A DNA stretch of 31,743 nt, from NCBI GenBank assembly GCA_021839365.1, contig JAKCBB010000002.1, forward strand, positions 1 through 31,743. The letters are read 5' to 3'. The first letter of the stretch is position 1, and each line of letters opens with the position of its first letter. The DNA comes from a bacterium (GTDB lineage: Bacteria > Patescibacteriota > Minisyncoccia > UBA6257 > Colwellbacteraceae). The notes under the pieces were generated by a model. It saw only the letters and a list, made by a program, of their open reading frames with translations, did no database searches and was not told the DNA's origin. This document shows positions 8,295-18,727 of this stretch, piece after piece. The translations under genes and the position numbers were made by a program.

Positions 8295-9182
8295 TCATTC
8301 CATATTTCTTAACGCCGCGACCCGCTCCTCTATCGGAGGATGCGTCATAAAAAGTTTTTCCATCCAGGAAATTTTCTTTTTATTCTTATACGGATCGCTT
8401 AGCCAAAGGTGCGCCGTGGCCGTATTGGCTCTGCGCATCGGAACGGCATTCTGTTCTATTTTCTTAAGGGCACTTATAAGCCCCTCGGGATAGCGTGTCA
8501 GCAAAACTCCCGAAGCGTCGGCCAAAAGTTCGCGCTTCCTTGAGACGGCCAGCTGAATGAGCGCGGCGATTATCGGAGAAATAATCGCAAACGCTATCGC
8601 GATAACAAGAGCCAGCGCGTTTCCGCTTCTCTCGTCGTCAAATCCCCAAAAGAGCGAGTTCATAAATATGTTGGCCAGAAGGGAAATTATCCCGACCAGA
8701 ACCACGATAATGGACGACACCAGGATATCCCTGTTTCCGACATGGGACAGTTCGTGCGCGATAACTCCTTCAAGCTCCGTTTTATCCATAATCTTCAGCA
8801 GTCCCGCAGTAACCGCAATTGAGGCATGCTCCGGATCGCGACCGGTCGCGAAAGCGTTCGGCGACATATCCGGAACGACATATATCTTGGGCGTCGGCAA
8901 TCCGGCGGTAATAGCTAAATTTTCAACGACGCGGTAAAGCTCCGGATTATCTTCTTTGTTTACAAGCTTCGCGCCGGAAGTCGCCAGGGCGATCTTATCC
9001 GACCAGTAATAGCCGATGAAACTGGCAACTACGCTGTAAATAACCGCCCCGACAAGAATCAGCGAGTTGCCGTAAATTTGAGAGAACACAAAACCGGCGC
9101 CGATAATAAAAACAAGAAAAACTGTAAAAATAAGATAGGTTTTTCTAATATTGGAATCTCTGTAGGAATAAACGCTGGCCAT
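8295..9182 (-). CDS. htpX: M48 family zinc metalloprotease HtpX
   Basis: PNAFATGRDPEHASIAVTAGLL, ELEGVIAHELSHV, SRKRELLADA, LFMTHPPIEERV; start placed at ATG 9182 (MASVY) rather than 9194. Confidence 0.93.
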   Translation of the reverse strand: MASVYSYRDSNIRKTYLIFTVFLVFIIGAGFVFSQIYGNSLILVGAVIYSVVASFIGYYWSDKIALATSGAKLVNKEDNPELYRVVENLAITAGLPTPKIYVVPDMSPNAFATGRDPEHASIAVTAGLLKIMDKTELEGVIAHELSHVGNRDILVSSIIVVLVGIISLLANIFMNSLFWGFDDERSGNALALVIAIAFAIISPIIAALIQLAVSRKRELLADASGVLLTRYPEGLISALKKIEQNAVPMRRANTATAHLWLSDPYKNKKKISWMEKLFMTHPPIEERVAALRNME

Positions 9183-9185
9183 AAT

Positions 9186-9264
9186 AAAAATCAAAAATCA
9201 AATCTCAAAGTGGAAAATAAACGGGTACGTATTGCTTTTCGCATTGTTATTTTATTTTTGAATT
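9186..9264. repeat. Intergenic heptamer-periodic A-rich tract with an inverted T-rich counterpart
   Basis: aaaaatc-aaaaatc-aaatctc-aaagtgg-aaaataa (9186-9220), then ttattttatttttgaatt (9247-9264). Confidence 0.55.
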
Positions 9265-9316
9265 CACCTCGTTTCCGACAAGGATCAACGCCCAACACAA
9301 ATATGAAAATCCAGAC

Positions 9317-9868
9317 TTAAGACTGAAACTTAACCGCAACCGGTTCCCTTTCCGCCTCGGAGGAGGTTTCAAAGAACTTGACCGGCTTGACGCCAAAAGA
9401 ATTCGCGACAACGTTCATTGGAAAAATCTGAATCATGGTGTTCAGATCTCTCGCGGTTGAGTTATAAAATCTGCGTGACGCCTGGATCTTGTCTTCGGTG
9501 TCGGTCAGCTCGTCCTGTAATTTAAGAAAGTTTTCGTTCGCCTTAAGGTTGGGATAGTTTTCGGCAACGGCAAAAAGAGTTTTAAGCGCCCCCGAAAGCA
9601 TATTCTCCGCGCTATCCCTCTCTAAAGGATTCCCTCCCTGGGCAACCGCCGCTCTGGCTTTCGTTACATCTTCAAAAACGTTTTTCTCATGTGCGGCATA
9701 CCCCTTAACCGTTTCCACAAGGTTGGGGATAAGATCATATCTTCTCTTAAGCTGAACATCTATATCGGAAAGCGCTTCGCTCGTCCGGTAGCGGAAAGTT
9801 ACCAGCCTGTTGTAGGTGTAAATAACCCAAACGAGTATTAATGCCAGAACAATCAGCAGATAAATCAT
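9317..9868 (-). CDS. lemA: LemA family protein
   Basis: N-terminal TM, then YNRLV...SDIDVQLKRRYDLIPNLVETVKGYAAHE, AENYPNLKANENFLKLQ, RRFYN; adjacent to htpX as in the common lemA-htpX pair. Confidence 0.95.
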   Translation of the reverse strand: MIYLLIVLALILVWVIYTYNRLVTFRYRTSEALSDIDVQLKRRYDLIPNLVETVKGYAAHEKNVFEDVTKARAAVAQGGNPLERDSAENMLSGALKTLFAVAENYPNLKANENFLKLQDELTDTEDKIQASRRFYNSTARDLNTMIQIFPMNVVANSFGVKPVKFFETSSEAEREPVAVKFQS

Positions 9869-9912
9869 GATATTTACTTTTAATTCCCGCTTTTATTTTA
9901 CCACCCTTCCGG

Positions 9913-11559
<1,647 letters not shown>

Positions 11560-11570
11560 TTAAGTTGCGA

Positions 11571-11867
11571 CTACTCTTCTATTATTCCCAAAACGTCGTC
11601 CTCATCTCCTACGAGATACTTTTTTCCATCGATCTCGATTTCGTCCGGACCGTATTTTTTGAACAAGACCACATCCCCGACCTTCACCGACACCGGAATG
11701 CGCTCGCCTTTTTCGTTCAGCTTCCCGGGACCGGTCGCCAAGACCTTTCCTTTCATAGGCCTCTCTTTCTCTACCGTATCCGGTATAACTATTCCCGACT
11801 TCGTGGTTTTTTCGTTTTCCAAAGGCTCAAGAAAAATATGGTTTGAGAGAGGTTTTAGTTTTATCAT
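11571..11867 (-). CDS. groS: Co-chaperonin GroES
   Basis: LKPL..., TKSGIVIPDT, GKVLATGPG, VKVGDVVLF.KYG; directly upstream of groEL. Confidence 0.98.
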   Translation of the reverse strand: MIKLKPLSNHIFLEPLENEKTTKSGIVIPDTVEKERPMKGKVLATGPGKLNEKGERIPVSVKVGDVVLFKKYGPDEIEIDGKKYLVGDEDDVLGIIEE

Positions 11868-11986
11868 CGTTTACTATTTACATAAGAAATAGGACGATTG
11901 TCAAGGTTTGGCGCAAAAAAGAAACCCGCGTCAAAAACCGTTCGGACGCGGGCACGGGCATAACGAAAGGTTGGGCATGTTTCTCG

Positions 11987-12463
11987 CTACCGGGCTACCA
12001 ATATGCGGGTCTCAGGAACCCACAGATAATCGTATTCTCCGCAGTATGCGTTTAACTGCAGACCCTCTCCTCTTATATTTTCCACGCTAAACACGGCAGG
12101 GAGATAATCAAGGTCGGAAACCGGTTCCATTATCACGATGATGTATTCGCCTATGGGCTGCTCGCGGTACTGCAACCGCAGGTAGGGGGCGACTATTGCC
12201 TGGAGGATATTGGGCGTGCGTTCTTTTACGCGCTCGCAAAGCCTGTCGTAGCGCGCGGGGAACATAAAACCGAAATCCCCTACCCTAAGCAACGAAGTCT
12301 CGATTTTTGTTCCGGCGCCGGAGACCGGTATTCTTTCAAGGACCTCCGCGGCGCGCTCGTTTACCCGGAATCCTCCGGTTATAAGAGCTTCTAAAATCTC
12401 ATCCGCGGATTTGTAGGAGCCGATCTCCACCGTTTTCCACACCGGAAATGTTCTTTTATTCAC
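11987..12463 (-). CDS. Conserved hypothetical protein (FPVWKTVEIG...PYLRLQY.EQP.GE family)
   Basis: ORF track starts at 12493; GTG at 12463 is preferred because AAGGAG (12472-12477) lies 8 nt upstream. No function recognised. Confidence 0.65.
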   Translation of the reverse strand: MNKRTFPVWKTVEIGSYKSADEILEALITGGFRVNERAAEVLERIPVSGAGTKIETSLLRVGDFGFMFPARYDRLCERVKERTPNILQAIVAPYLRLQYREQPIGEYIIVIMEPVSDLDYLPAVFSVENIRGEGLQLNAYCGEYDYLWVPETRILVAR

Positions 12464-12626
12464 GGCGCCATCTCCTTTCCATTGTAACCGCAAAGGTGCA
12501 GTTTGAAACTTGTTCCTTAAAGATACATCTAAAAAGCCGGAAACAAAAGCGGTTTGGTTTAATTTTTAAAAACAGGAAGCCAGATAATAAACAAATGTGA
12601 AAAAAGACCGGACGGGAAATAACTTG

Positions 12627-13652
12627 TCAATTCTCTCCTTCCTCGCGCGGCTGCTCTAAAACCGGCGGTTCTATCTGCATGCTCTCGCCGCCGATTTTAA
12701 CAACATCCTTATCTATCATTTTTAGTTTTGAATATCCTTTATCGTATGAGCTAACCGCCCTGCCGAGGTGCGTTCCGACATCTCTTATATGCTTCTCGTA
12801 CTCCGCGAGGCGCCGTCCCAGTTCTATCACGTTTTTTCTTATTGCCTCCGCGGACTTATTGAACTCTATCTGCCTTAATCCCTGGACAACGGTTTGAAGA
12901 TACGCGAGGAGCGATGTCGGGGAAACTATAATCACTCTTTTCTCCCGTCCGGCATATTCTACCAAGTCCCTCGCGGTAACCGATCCGACTTTGTTTATAA
13001 GCAAGTCGTAGTAGAGCGCCTCGGAGGGAATGAACATAAACGCGAACTCTATCGTCCCCTCTTCCGGCCGGACATATTTCGAGGTCTCATCGATTCTGTT
13101 TTTTAAGTCGGCGCGCAAGAGATCCTCCAGCCGCTTTTTTTCCTCGGGAGTTTTCGCCTCGATAAGCCGGTTATAGTTTTCCAGGCTGAACTTCGAGTCA
13201 ACCGGAATTATCTTGTCTCCGTAAAAGATGGCGGCGTCCACCGCTTCCCCGTTTTTAAACTTATACTGAAGACCAAAGCTGTTCGGCGGCAGGGTGTTCC
13301 CCAGAACGGTTTCGAGATAATACTCCCCGAGCACTCCGCGCTGTTTAGGATTTTTCAAAATATCCTGCAGGCCGCGCAACTGGTCAGCAAAGCCGACGAC
13401 CTGTTTGTTGGTCTCGTCGAGTTTGGTCAGTTTCTCCGTAACCTCGCGGACGATTTTCAGGTTCTCCCCGCTCTGCGTCTGTGAAAACTTGGAGAAATCT
13501 CCGAGCCGGCTGTCTATCATCCGGTTAATCTCGTTTATCTGGTTTTGGATAAGCAAAAGAGAGTCTCCCTGCGGCTCTTTCTTTCGAAGAAATGCCGCGT
13601 AAAAAACAGCCGCGGCGGCAATCCCGATAATAATTCCTAGAACAGCGTCCAT
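12627..13652 (-). CDS. rmuC: DNA recombination protein RmuC
   Basis: N-terminal TM and coiled coil; LKNPKQRGVLGEYYLE, QYKF, IPVDSKF, FAFMFIPSEALY, IVSPTSLLAYL. Confidence 0.93.
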   Translation of the reverse strand: MDAVLGIIIGIAAAAVFYAAFLRKKEPQGDSLLLIQNQINEINRMIDSRLGDFSKFSQTQSGENLKIVREVTEKLTKLDETNKQVVGFADQLRGLQDILKNPKQRGVLGEYYLETVLGNTLPPNSFGLQYKFKNGEAVDAAIFYGDKIIPVDSKFSLENYNRLIEAKTPEEKKRLEDLLRADLKNRIDETSKYVRPEEGTIEFAFMFIPSEALYYDLLINKVGSVTARDLVEYAGREKRVIIVSPTSLLAYLQTVVQGLRQIEFNKSAEAIRKNVIELGRRLAEYEKHIRDVGTHLGRAVSSYDKGYSKLKMIDKDVVKIGGESMQIEPPVLEQPREEGEN

Positions 13653-13659
13653 CACGCCT

Positions 13660-13665
13660 ATTATA
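13660..13665 (-). promoter_or_regulatory. Perfect -10 box TATAAT 7 nt before the rmuC ATG; likely leaderless transcript
   Basis: Minus strand TATAAT-aggcgtg-ATG (ATG 13650-13652); overlaps the GT2 stop codon. Confidence 0.5.
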
Positions 13666-15184
13666 CTCCAATTTTAACTTCGGCTGTCTTGCGGCTTTTA
13701 GGCGTAACCCAAAAACCCAGCCTGAACTTCCCGCCAAGCGCCAGCCTTACCTGGGACTCTATTGCCGGAAGCGCGCCTAAGACTATCATGGTCGCCGGCA
13801 TCAAGACCCATTGTGCGAAATAAAAAACATAATGGCGCGCCCTGAACCATTCCGGTTTCGGCGGCAGGATAGCCAGCGTTAAAAAACCTGACATGAATAA
13901 CCCGAAAGATCCTATCCACATGAGATATGTCGTTATATGCGGAAGGTTATAAGATAAAACGGTTTCATTGAAAGCCTTTCCTCCCAAAACTACCGGCAGC
14001 CACCCCAGAGAAACCAATATCGCGCTTATTCCCCAGGAGTACGTCCCGCTGAATTCGCTATAAGCTCGGTAAAGTTTGCTTTTAAGCGGAATCATCCGGT
14101 TCAAAAAGAACTTCTTTACTATGTAAGGAAAGTTTTCCACTCCCCACGCCCACCTTCTCTGTTGTTTGTACAAATTACGGATAGTTTCCCATAAATTAGG
14201 TCCGACATTCACGTCCATGGAAACCGGATATTTCAGAGGAACGACCCGCCAGTCCCCGTTGTAATGCGTAAACAGCTGCCAGAAGATGTGTGAATCCTCC
14301 GACACGACATCCGTATCCCAAAACCCCATCTCGGCCAAAGACTTAAATGGAGTGGAATGCGAAGAAAAAGTCACCAGATGCTCCGGCCTGGATTGTTCCA
14401 TCATCCCCCAGAAAGTGGTGGAATAGGCCATAACCCTCGCCAGGGCCGGCGAGTCGAAAATGTTGTTATTGAAGAAAGGTATCGGCTGGTAACTCGATCT
14501 CTGCGGATGCGGCGAGGTTAAAAACGCGTGAGTCAAAATCGCGAAATACTCGGGAGCGACCTGCGTATCCACGTCGAATACGGAGACCATTATCTTTTCA
14601 TAATCCATCCCTAACGGATCTACGATCCTTGCCTTTGCCTCTTTGGCGGCCCAGGCCTCATTAGATCCTTTCCCGGGTATTTCTCCCGGAAGATCGGCGG
14701 GATGGGAGGTTATAAGAAACTTATAAAACTTATTCGCGTAAACTTTTCCGATCTCCTCCCCGTTTTTTGCCGCCGTTTCCCCCGCTCTTGCTTCCTGCGC
14801 CAAAACGACAATCATTTTATCCTTCGGGTAGTTCGATTTCAAAAGCCCCTCGAAGCTTTCCTGAATAACAAGAAAAGGCTCCTTATACATAGGAAGAATG
14901 ATAAGATGATAAACATCCTCCCAGGAAGACGATGTTTTCGGATCGGATTTTAACTTTTCCATCCAGTCGGTTTTTAAATTCTTCTGCAGCTGCCTCTCGG
15001 TCGACTGAAGATGAAAATAAAAATAAATCGTCTTCAAAAGCCAGTATGTATCAAAGACAATAACCGCTATCGCGGCGTAAAAAGGACTGAATATGGCAAA
15101 AGCGATGAAGCCAAGTATCGTCCCTATGGTAAAAGTAGCCGGTAATATTTCCCAAATGCGCTGCATAATGAAATTCTTTCTCAA
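13661..15184 (-). CDS. Membrane-bound GT2 glycosyltransferase (processive, cellulose-synthase-like)
   Basis: N- and C-terminal TMs; ILPMYKE, GKGSN, FDVD (DxD), VSED, and QQRRWAWG (QxxRW). Start uncertain: TTG 15184 or ATG 15166. Confidence 0.9.
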   Translation of the reverse strand: MRKNFIMQRIWEILPATFTIGTILGFIAFAIFSPFYAAIAVIVFDTYWLLKTIYFYFHLQSTERQLQKNLKTDWMEKLKSDPKTSSSWEDVYHLIILPMYKEPFLVIQESFEGLLKSNYPKDKMIVVLAQEARAGETAAKNGEEIGKVYANKFYKFLITSHPADLPGEIPGKGSNEAWAAKEAKARIVDPLGMDYEKIMVSVFDVDTQVAPEYFAILTHAFLTSPHPQRSSYQPIPFFNNNIFDSPALARVMAYSTTFWGMMEQSRPEHLVTFSSHSTPFKSLAEMGFWDTDVVSEDSHIFWQLFTHYNGDWRVVPLKYPVSMDVNVGPNLWETIRNLYKQQRRWAWGVENFPYIVKKFFLNRMIPLKSKLYRAYSEFSGTYSWGISAILVSLGWLPVVLGGKAFNETVLSYNLPHITTYLMWIGSFGLFMSGFLTLAILPPKPEWFRARHYVFYFAQWVLMPATMIVLGALPAIESQVRLALGGKFRLGFWVTPKSRKTAEVKIGV

Positions 15185-15250
15185 ACGCCGAGTCCGCGAT
15201 AAAGATCGATTTTCGCAGTACGGTGGCGTACCTTAAGATAAGCTCCGGGA

Positions 15251-15283
15251 TTGGAATTTACAAGTAAATTCAGTATATTACAA
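15251..15283. promoter_or_regulatory. Overlapping divergent sigma70-like promoters for tRNA-Glu (+) and GT2 (-) containing a 7-2-7 palindrome
   Basis: Plus: TTGGAA(15251-56)-N17-TATATT(15274-79). Minus: TTGTAA(15283-78)-N17-TAAATT(15260-55). Palindrome AATTTAC-AA-GTAAATT at 15255-15270. Confidence 0.45.
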
Positions 15284-15309
15284 AATAGCCTTAGCGGTTT
15301 AATCAACAG

Positions 15310-15384
15310 GCCCCCATCGTCTAGCGGTTAGGACAGCGCTCTTTCAAGGCGTAAACACCGGTTCGACTCCGGTTGGGGGCGCCA
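15310..15384 (+). tRNA. tRNA-Glu (TTC)
   Basis: Acceptor GCCCCCA/TGGGGGC, D-arm TCGTCTAGCGGTTAGGAC, anticodon loop CT-TTC-AA, T-loop GTTCGACTC, encoded CCA; 75 nt. Confidence 0.96.
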
Positions 15385-15479
15385 GTAACATTTCCGGCAC
15401 GGCCTCGGCAAGCGTGCTTGGAGCAGTCGCTTCACTTGGAACAACGAGCGCAGTCGAACTGTCTTTTTGAATTTTGAAC

Positions 15480-15860
15480 CTAGTCTATCTTTATACGCAC
15501 CTTTTTGCTCTTTTCCCGGTGCAGTTTCGGGAGACGTATAGTGAGAACTCCGTTTTTTAGTGAGGACTCGGCTCGCTCCGCATCTATTTCCTCTGGGAGG
15601 ATAACGGAACGGGAGAACTTCCCCCAGAAGCATTCCTGGAAAAGATAATTCCCCTCCTCGGCGGAACGCCTCTTATGCCTCTCCCCGCGGATAGTTATCG
15701 ATTCCCCTGAAACATCCAAATCGATATCGCTCGGCTCCACCCCGGCTATCGTGGATTCCACCACAAACTCCGACGGAGTTTCATACACATCGACGGTGAG
15801 CTGTCCCTCCTCTTCGTCAGCGATACCGCTGTCGTCTTTATCTATATTGATGTTTACCAT
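15480..15860 (-). CDS. Hsp20/alpha-crystallin small heat-shock protein
   Basis: VDVYET..EFVVE..IAGV...IDL.V....ITIRGER, E..WGKFSRSVILP.EID...A...LKNGVLTIRLPK. Confidence 0.95.
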   Translation of the reverse strand: MVNINIDKDDSGIADEEEGQLTVDVYETPSEFVVESTIAGVEPSDIDLDVSGESITIRGERHKRRSAEEGNYLFQECFWGKFSRSVILPEEIDAERAESSLKNGVLTIRLPKLHREKSKKVRIKID

Positions 15861-15861
15861 G

Positions 15862-16527
15862 TCAAGCTATAATTTTTTCTTTTATTGTTTTAATTATATC
15901 AAAATCCCTGAGAAGGAAAATGGCGGCGACAACCAATATGATGCTTGGATAAATCGGCAGGCCGGGGAAACCGAGCACCAGCCAGTTGAAAGAGGTGTGG
16001 ATCAAGGTCGCGACAAACAATCCTCTTAAAGCCCTTCCCCGCATCCAATAATAACCGACAAACCCCGAGGCGATAGCGTGTAACAGCGTGGCTCCGATAA
16101 ACCGGAGTATCACAAGATCCGGGATAGCCGAAAGAGCGCTCCCCGCCAGCTCAAAAAAGTTTTCTATCGCCGCGAATCCCAAACCGACGGTGATAAGATA
16201 GATCATTCCGTCTATCGGCTCGCGAAAATACTTGTCGCGTCTCAAAAGCACTCTGGCCGACAGGAACTTCGTCGTTTCTTCAATAAGGGCGAAGACTAGA
16301 AGTCCGAGTATGGAAAACTCGGCTATATTGAATTTGACGAAGACTCCCTTAAGCCAGAATTCGATAAGTATCGCCGAGGAGGCGGCCATAAATCCGCCTA
16401 AAAGAAAAAATTTCAACACCTCTCTGCCCGGTTCCGGCTTGGCATCTTCGCGCAGAAAAAAAACCAGCCAGATTAATGTCGGCAGAAGTCCGAACGCGGC
16501 CGCTACGACCAGCTTGGCTATTTCCAT
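15862..16527 (-). CDS. prsW: PrsW family intramembrane metalloprotease
   Basis: Multi-TM; EPGR; ALIEETTK (EExxK); GLGFAAIEN (FxxxE); LLHA and LIHTSFN (HxxxN); overlaps the valS end by 10 bp. Confidence 0.9.
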   Translation of the reverse strand: MEIAKLVVAAAFGLLPTLIWLVFFLREDAKPEPGREVLKFFLLGGFMAASSAILIEFWLKGVFVKFNIAEFSILGLLVFALIEETTKFLSARVLLRRDKYFREPIDGMIYLITVGLGFAAIENFFELAGSALSAIPDLVILRFIGATLLHAIASGFVGYYWMRGRALRGLFVATLIHTSFNWLVLGFPGLPIYPSIILVVAAIFLLRDFDIIKTIKEKIIA

Positions 16528-18719
16528 TTTTCAACCATTAAAAGCTTGCCCTCGTTGCCGGGCAAAAGACCCCAAATCTCCTCGGTAACAAACGGCATAA
16601 ACGGATGAAGCATTTTTATCTGCTCTCTAAGCATGCGCATGACTGTTTCCTGCGCCGCCGCGCGATCCGGCTGATTATCGGAATTCAGTCTCGGTTTAAA
16701 CGATTCTATTGCCTTATCCGCGAAAATATCCCAAAAGTAGTGGTAAAGAGAATCGCCGGCGCGGTTGAAATCGAACTTGTCCAAATAGCGCGATACCCTT
16801 TTCTTCAAGTCTTTTACTTCCGCAATCCGCTTTTTGTCATCAGCCGTAAATTTCGGCTTGGTTCTTGTCTCCGAATAATTCAGGAGGACGAATCTGCTGG
16901 CATTCCATATCTTAGTCGCAAAATTCCTATACCCGCGTATTTTGTCCTCTGAAATTTTTATGTCGTTCCCCGGAGCCGATCCTATGACAAGCGAAAGCCT
17001 GACGGCGTCCGCTCCGTACATCTCGCTCATAGACAAGGGGTCGATGGTGTTTCCCAAAGACTTGCTCATCTTTCTGCCCTGCGCGTCGCGCACCAACCCA
17101 TGCAGATAAACTTTCTCGAAAGGAACTTCGCCCAAAAGGTATCCGCTCATAAGAATCATTCTTGCCACCCAGAAAAATAAAATATCGTATCCGGTCTCGA
17201 GGACGCTTGTCGGATGGAACTCCAGAAAATCTTTGGTTTCCTTCGGCCAGCCAAGCGTGGAAAAAGTCCATATACCGGAAGAAAACCAGGTATCCAAGGT
17301 ATCTGGATCCTGCTCCCATCCACCGCCTTTAGGCGGTTTAACGCCCGCGTAAATATCTTTACTTGTTTTTGATTTTTGATTTCTGGTTTTCGAGTTGCTC
17401 TTGTACCAGACGGGAATCCTGTGCCCGTACCATATCTGCCTGCTTATGCACCAGTCGCGGAGATTATCTATCCAGTGGAAATAAACTTTCTCAAAACGCT
17501 TCGGGAGAATCTTGATCTGGCCGTTCTTCACGGCCGCCTTCATCATTTTCTTTAAAGTTGTCTTCTCCCCGCTCTTTATCCCCTTTATTTTTGACTTCTT
17601 CAAAAGAAATTCCCTGTTGACATCAACGAACCACTGCTCTTTTATCTGCGGCTCGATTCTCCCGCCTCCGCGCTGATTGACCGCGACGTTATGCGTGTAA
17701 TTTTCCTCTGCTTTTTGGAGCAGTCCCCTTTCCTTGAACTTCTCGGCGATAAGAGGCCGTGCTTTGCTGATATGCAGCCCGGCGAACTCTCCGGCCAGCG
17801 GAAGCAGTTTCCCGTATTGGTCTATAACCTGTTCCTTGTCTAATCTCCTCCTTTCGGCAATCTCGAAATCGGTCGCGTCATGCCACGGCGTTATCGTCAT
17901 AACTCCGGTGCCGAACTTCATATCCACCGCCTTGTCTTTTATCACGGTCGCCATAATCGGTCCATTGATCCATTCCACCTCTAATTTCTCGCCGTCGCGG
18001 TACTTGGCGTATCTTTTGTCGTCCGGATGCATCACCACGTACTTGTCTCCGAATTTCGTTTCCGGCCTGGCGGTTCCTATGATAAACGGCCCGAACTTCA
18101 AATAATAGAAAGGGACTTTCTCCTCAATGTATTCCAGCTCGTCGTCCGAAACGGTCGTCTGCATCTTCGGATCCCAATTTACGATTCTCGCTCCTTTGTA
18201 AATCAGCCCCTCGTCATACATTCTCTTAAAGGCCGTGCGCACCGCAAGGCTGCGTTTTTCATCCAAAGTATAGGCCTCCCTGCTCCAGTCAACCGAGGAA
18301 CCCATCTTTTTAACCTGCCTTACGATATTGTCATGGCTTTCCTGGGCGAATTCTTCAACCCGCTTTAAAAACTCTTCCCGCCCCATGTCATGCCTGGTTC
18401 TGCCTTCTTTCTTATAAATATTGCTTTCCACCTTGGCTTGGGTAGCGATAGCGGCATGGTCGGTTCCCGGAATCCACAAAGTTTTAAAGCCGTTCATCCG
18501 CGCATAACGCACCATAATATCCTCTATCGCCAGCATCGCCGCATGTCCGATGTGCAGGTTTCCGGTAACGTTCGGCGGAGGAAGGACTATCGAAAACTTT
18601 TTGGCATTCTTTCTGGCAACCCCCTTTTTTACGCAAACATCCGGATTAAAAAACCCCGATTTATCCCACTTCTCATAGATCTTGTCCTCCAAAAACTGGT
18701 AATCGTACCGCGTATCCAT
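16518..18719 (-). CDS. valS: Valine--tRNA ligase (short form lacking the C-terminal coiled-coil arm)
   Basis: PPPNVTGNLHIGH (HIGH), WIPGTDHA.IATQ, RPET editing motif, DWCISRQIWYGHRIP, DTWFSS, GYDILFFWVARM, KMSKSLGN. Confidence 0.98.
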   Translation of the reverse strand: MDTRYDYQFLEDKIYEKWDKSGFFNPDVCVKKGVARKNAKKFSIVLPPPNVTGNLHIGHAAMLAIEDIMVRYARMNGFKTLWIPGTDHAAIATQAKVESNIYKKEGRTRHDMGREEFLKRVEEFAQESHDNIVRQVKKMGSSVDWSREAYTLDEKRSLAVRTAFKRMYDEGLIYKGARIVNWDPKMQTTVSDDELEYIEEKVPFYYLKFGPFIIGTARPETKFGDKYVVMHPDDKRYAKYRDGEKLEVEWINGPIMATVIKDKAVDMKFGTGVMTITPWHDATDFEIAERRRLDKEQVIDQYGKLLPLAGEFAGLHISKARPLIAEKFKERGLLQKAEENYTHNVAVNQRGGGRIEPQIKEQWFVDVNREFLLKKSKIKGIKSGEKTTLKKMMKAAVKNGQIKILPKRFEKVYFHWIDNLRDWCISRQIWYGHRIPVWYKSNSKTRNQKSKTSKDIYAGVKPPKGGGWEQDPDTLDTWFSSGIWTFSTLGWPKETKDFLEFHPTSVLETGYDILFFWVARMILMSGYLLGEVPFEKVYLHGLVRDAQGRKMSKSLGNTIDPLSMSEMYGADAVRLSLVIGSAPGNDIKISEDKIRGYRNFATKIWNASRFVLLNYSETRTKPKFTADDKKRIAEVKDLKKRVSRYLDKFDFNRAGDSLYHYFWDIFADKAIESFKPRLNSDNQPDRAAAQETVMRMLREQIKMLHPFMPFVTEEIWGLLPGNEGKLLMVEKWK
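17366..17393 (-). repeat. In-frame heptamer tandem tract inside valS
   Basis: Minus strand tcgaaaa-ccagaaa-tcaaaaa-tcaaaaa within the segment encoding KSNSKTRNQKSKTSK. Confidence 0.6.
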
Positions 18720-18727
18720 ATTTACAT

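Noticed and set aside
9200-9316. In-frame readthrough extension of lemA (VWIFIFVLGVD...) and a small hairpin CCUUGU/ACGAGG
   Set aside because: lemA ends at its normal position with TAA; the hairpin is weak and has no U tract.
11868-11910. Possible CIRCE operator or heat-shock promoter upstream of groES
   Set aside because: No TTAGCACTC-N9-GAGTGCTAA. A perfect TTGACA is present (11904-11899) but the matching -10 (GTAAAT/TAAATA) is poor, so it was not called.
12532-12542. AAAAGCCGGAA shared with 18776-18786 and partly with 20955-20962
   Set aside because: Positions relative to promoters are inconsistent and CCGG is frequent throughout the window; likely chance.
15310-15480. tRNA-Glu or tRNA-Leu as integration sites
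   Set aside because: No duplicated tRNA 3' end, integrase or compositional break next to either tRNA.
15328-15633. Minus-strand 101-aa ORF and the protein-like stretch SSTALVVPSEATAPSTLAEAVPE at about 15385-15460
   Set aside because: The ORF overlaps both tRNA-Glu and hsp20; the alternative frame has no start codon. At most a gene remnant.
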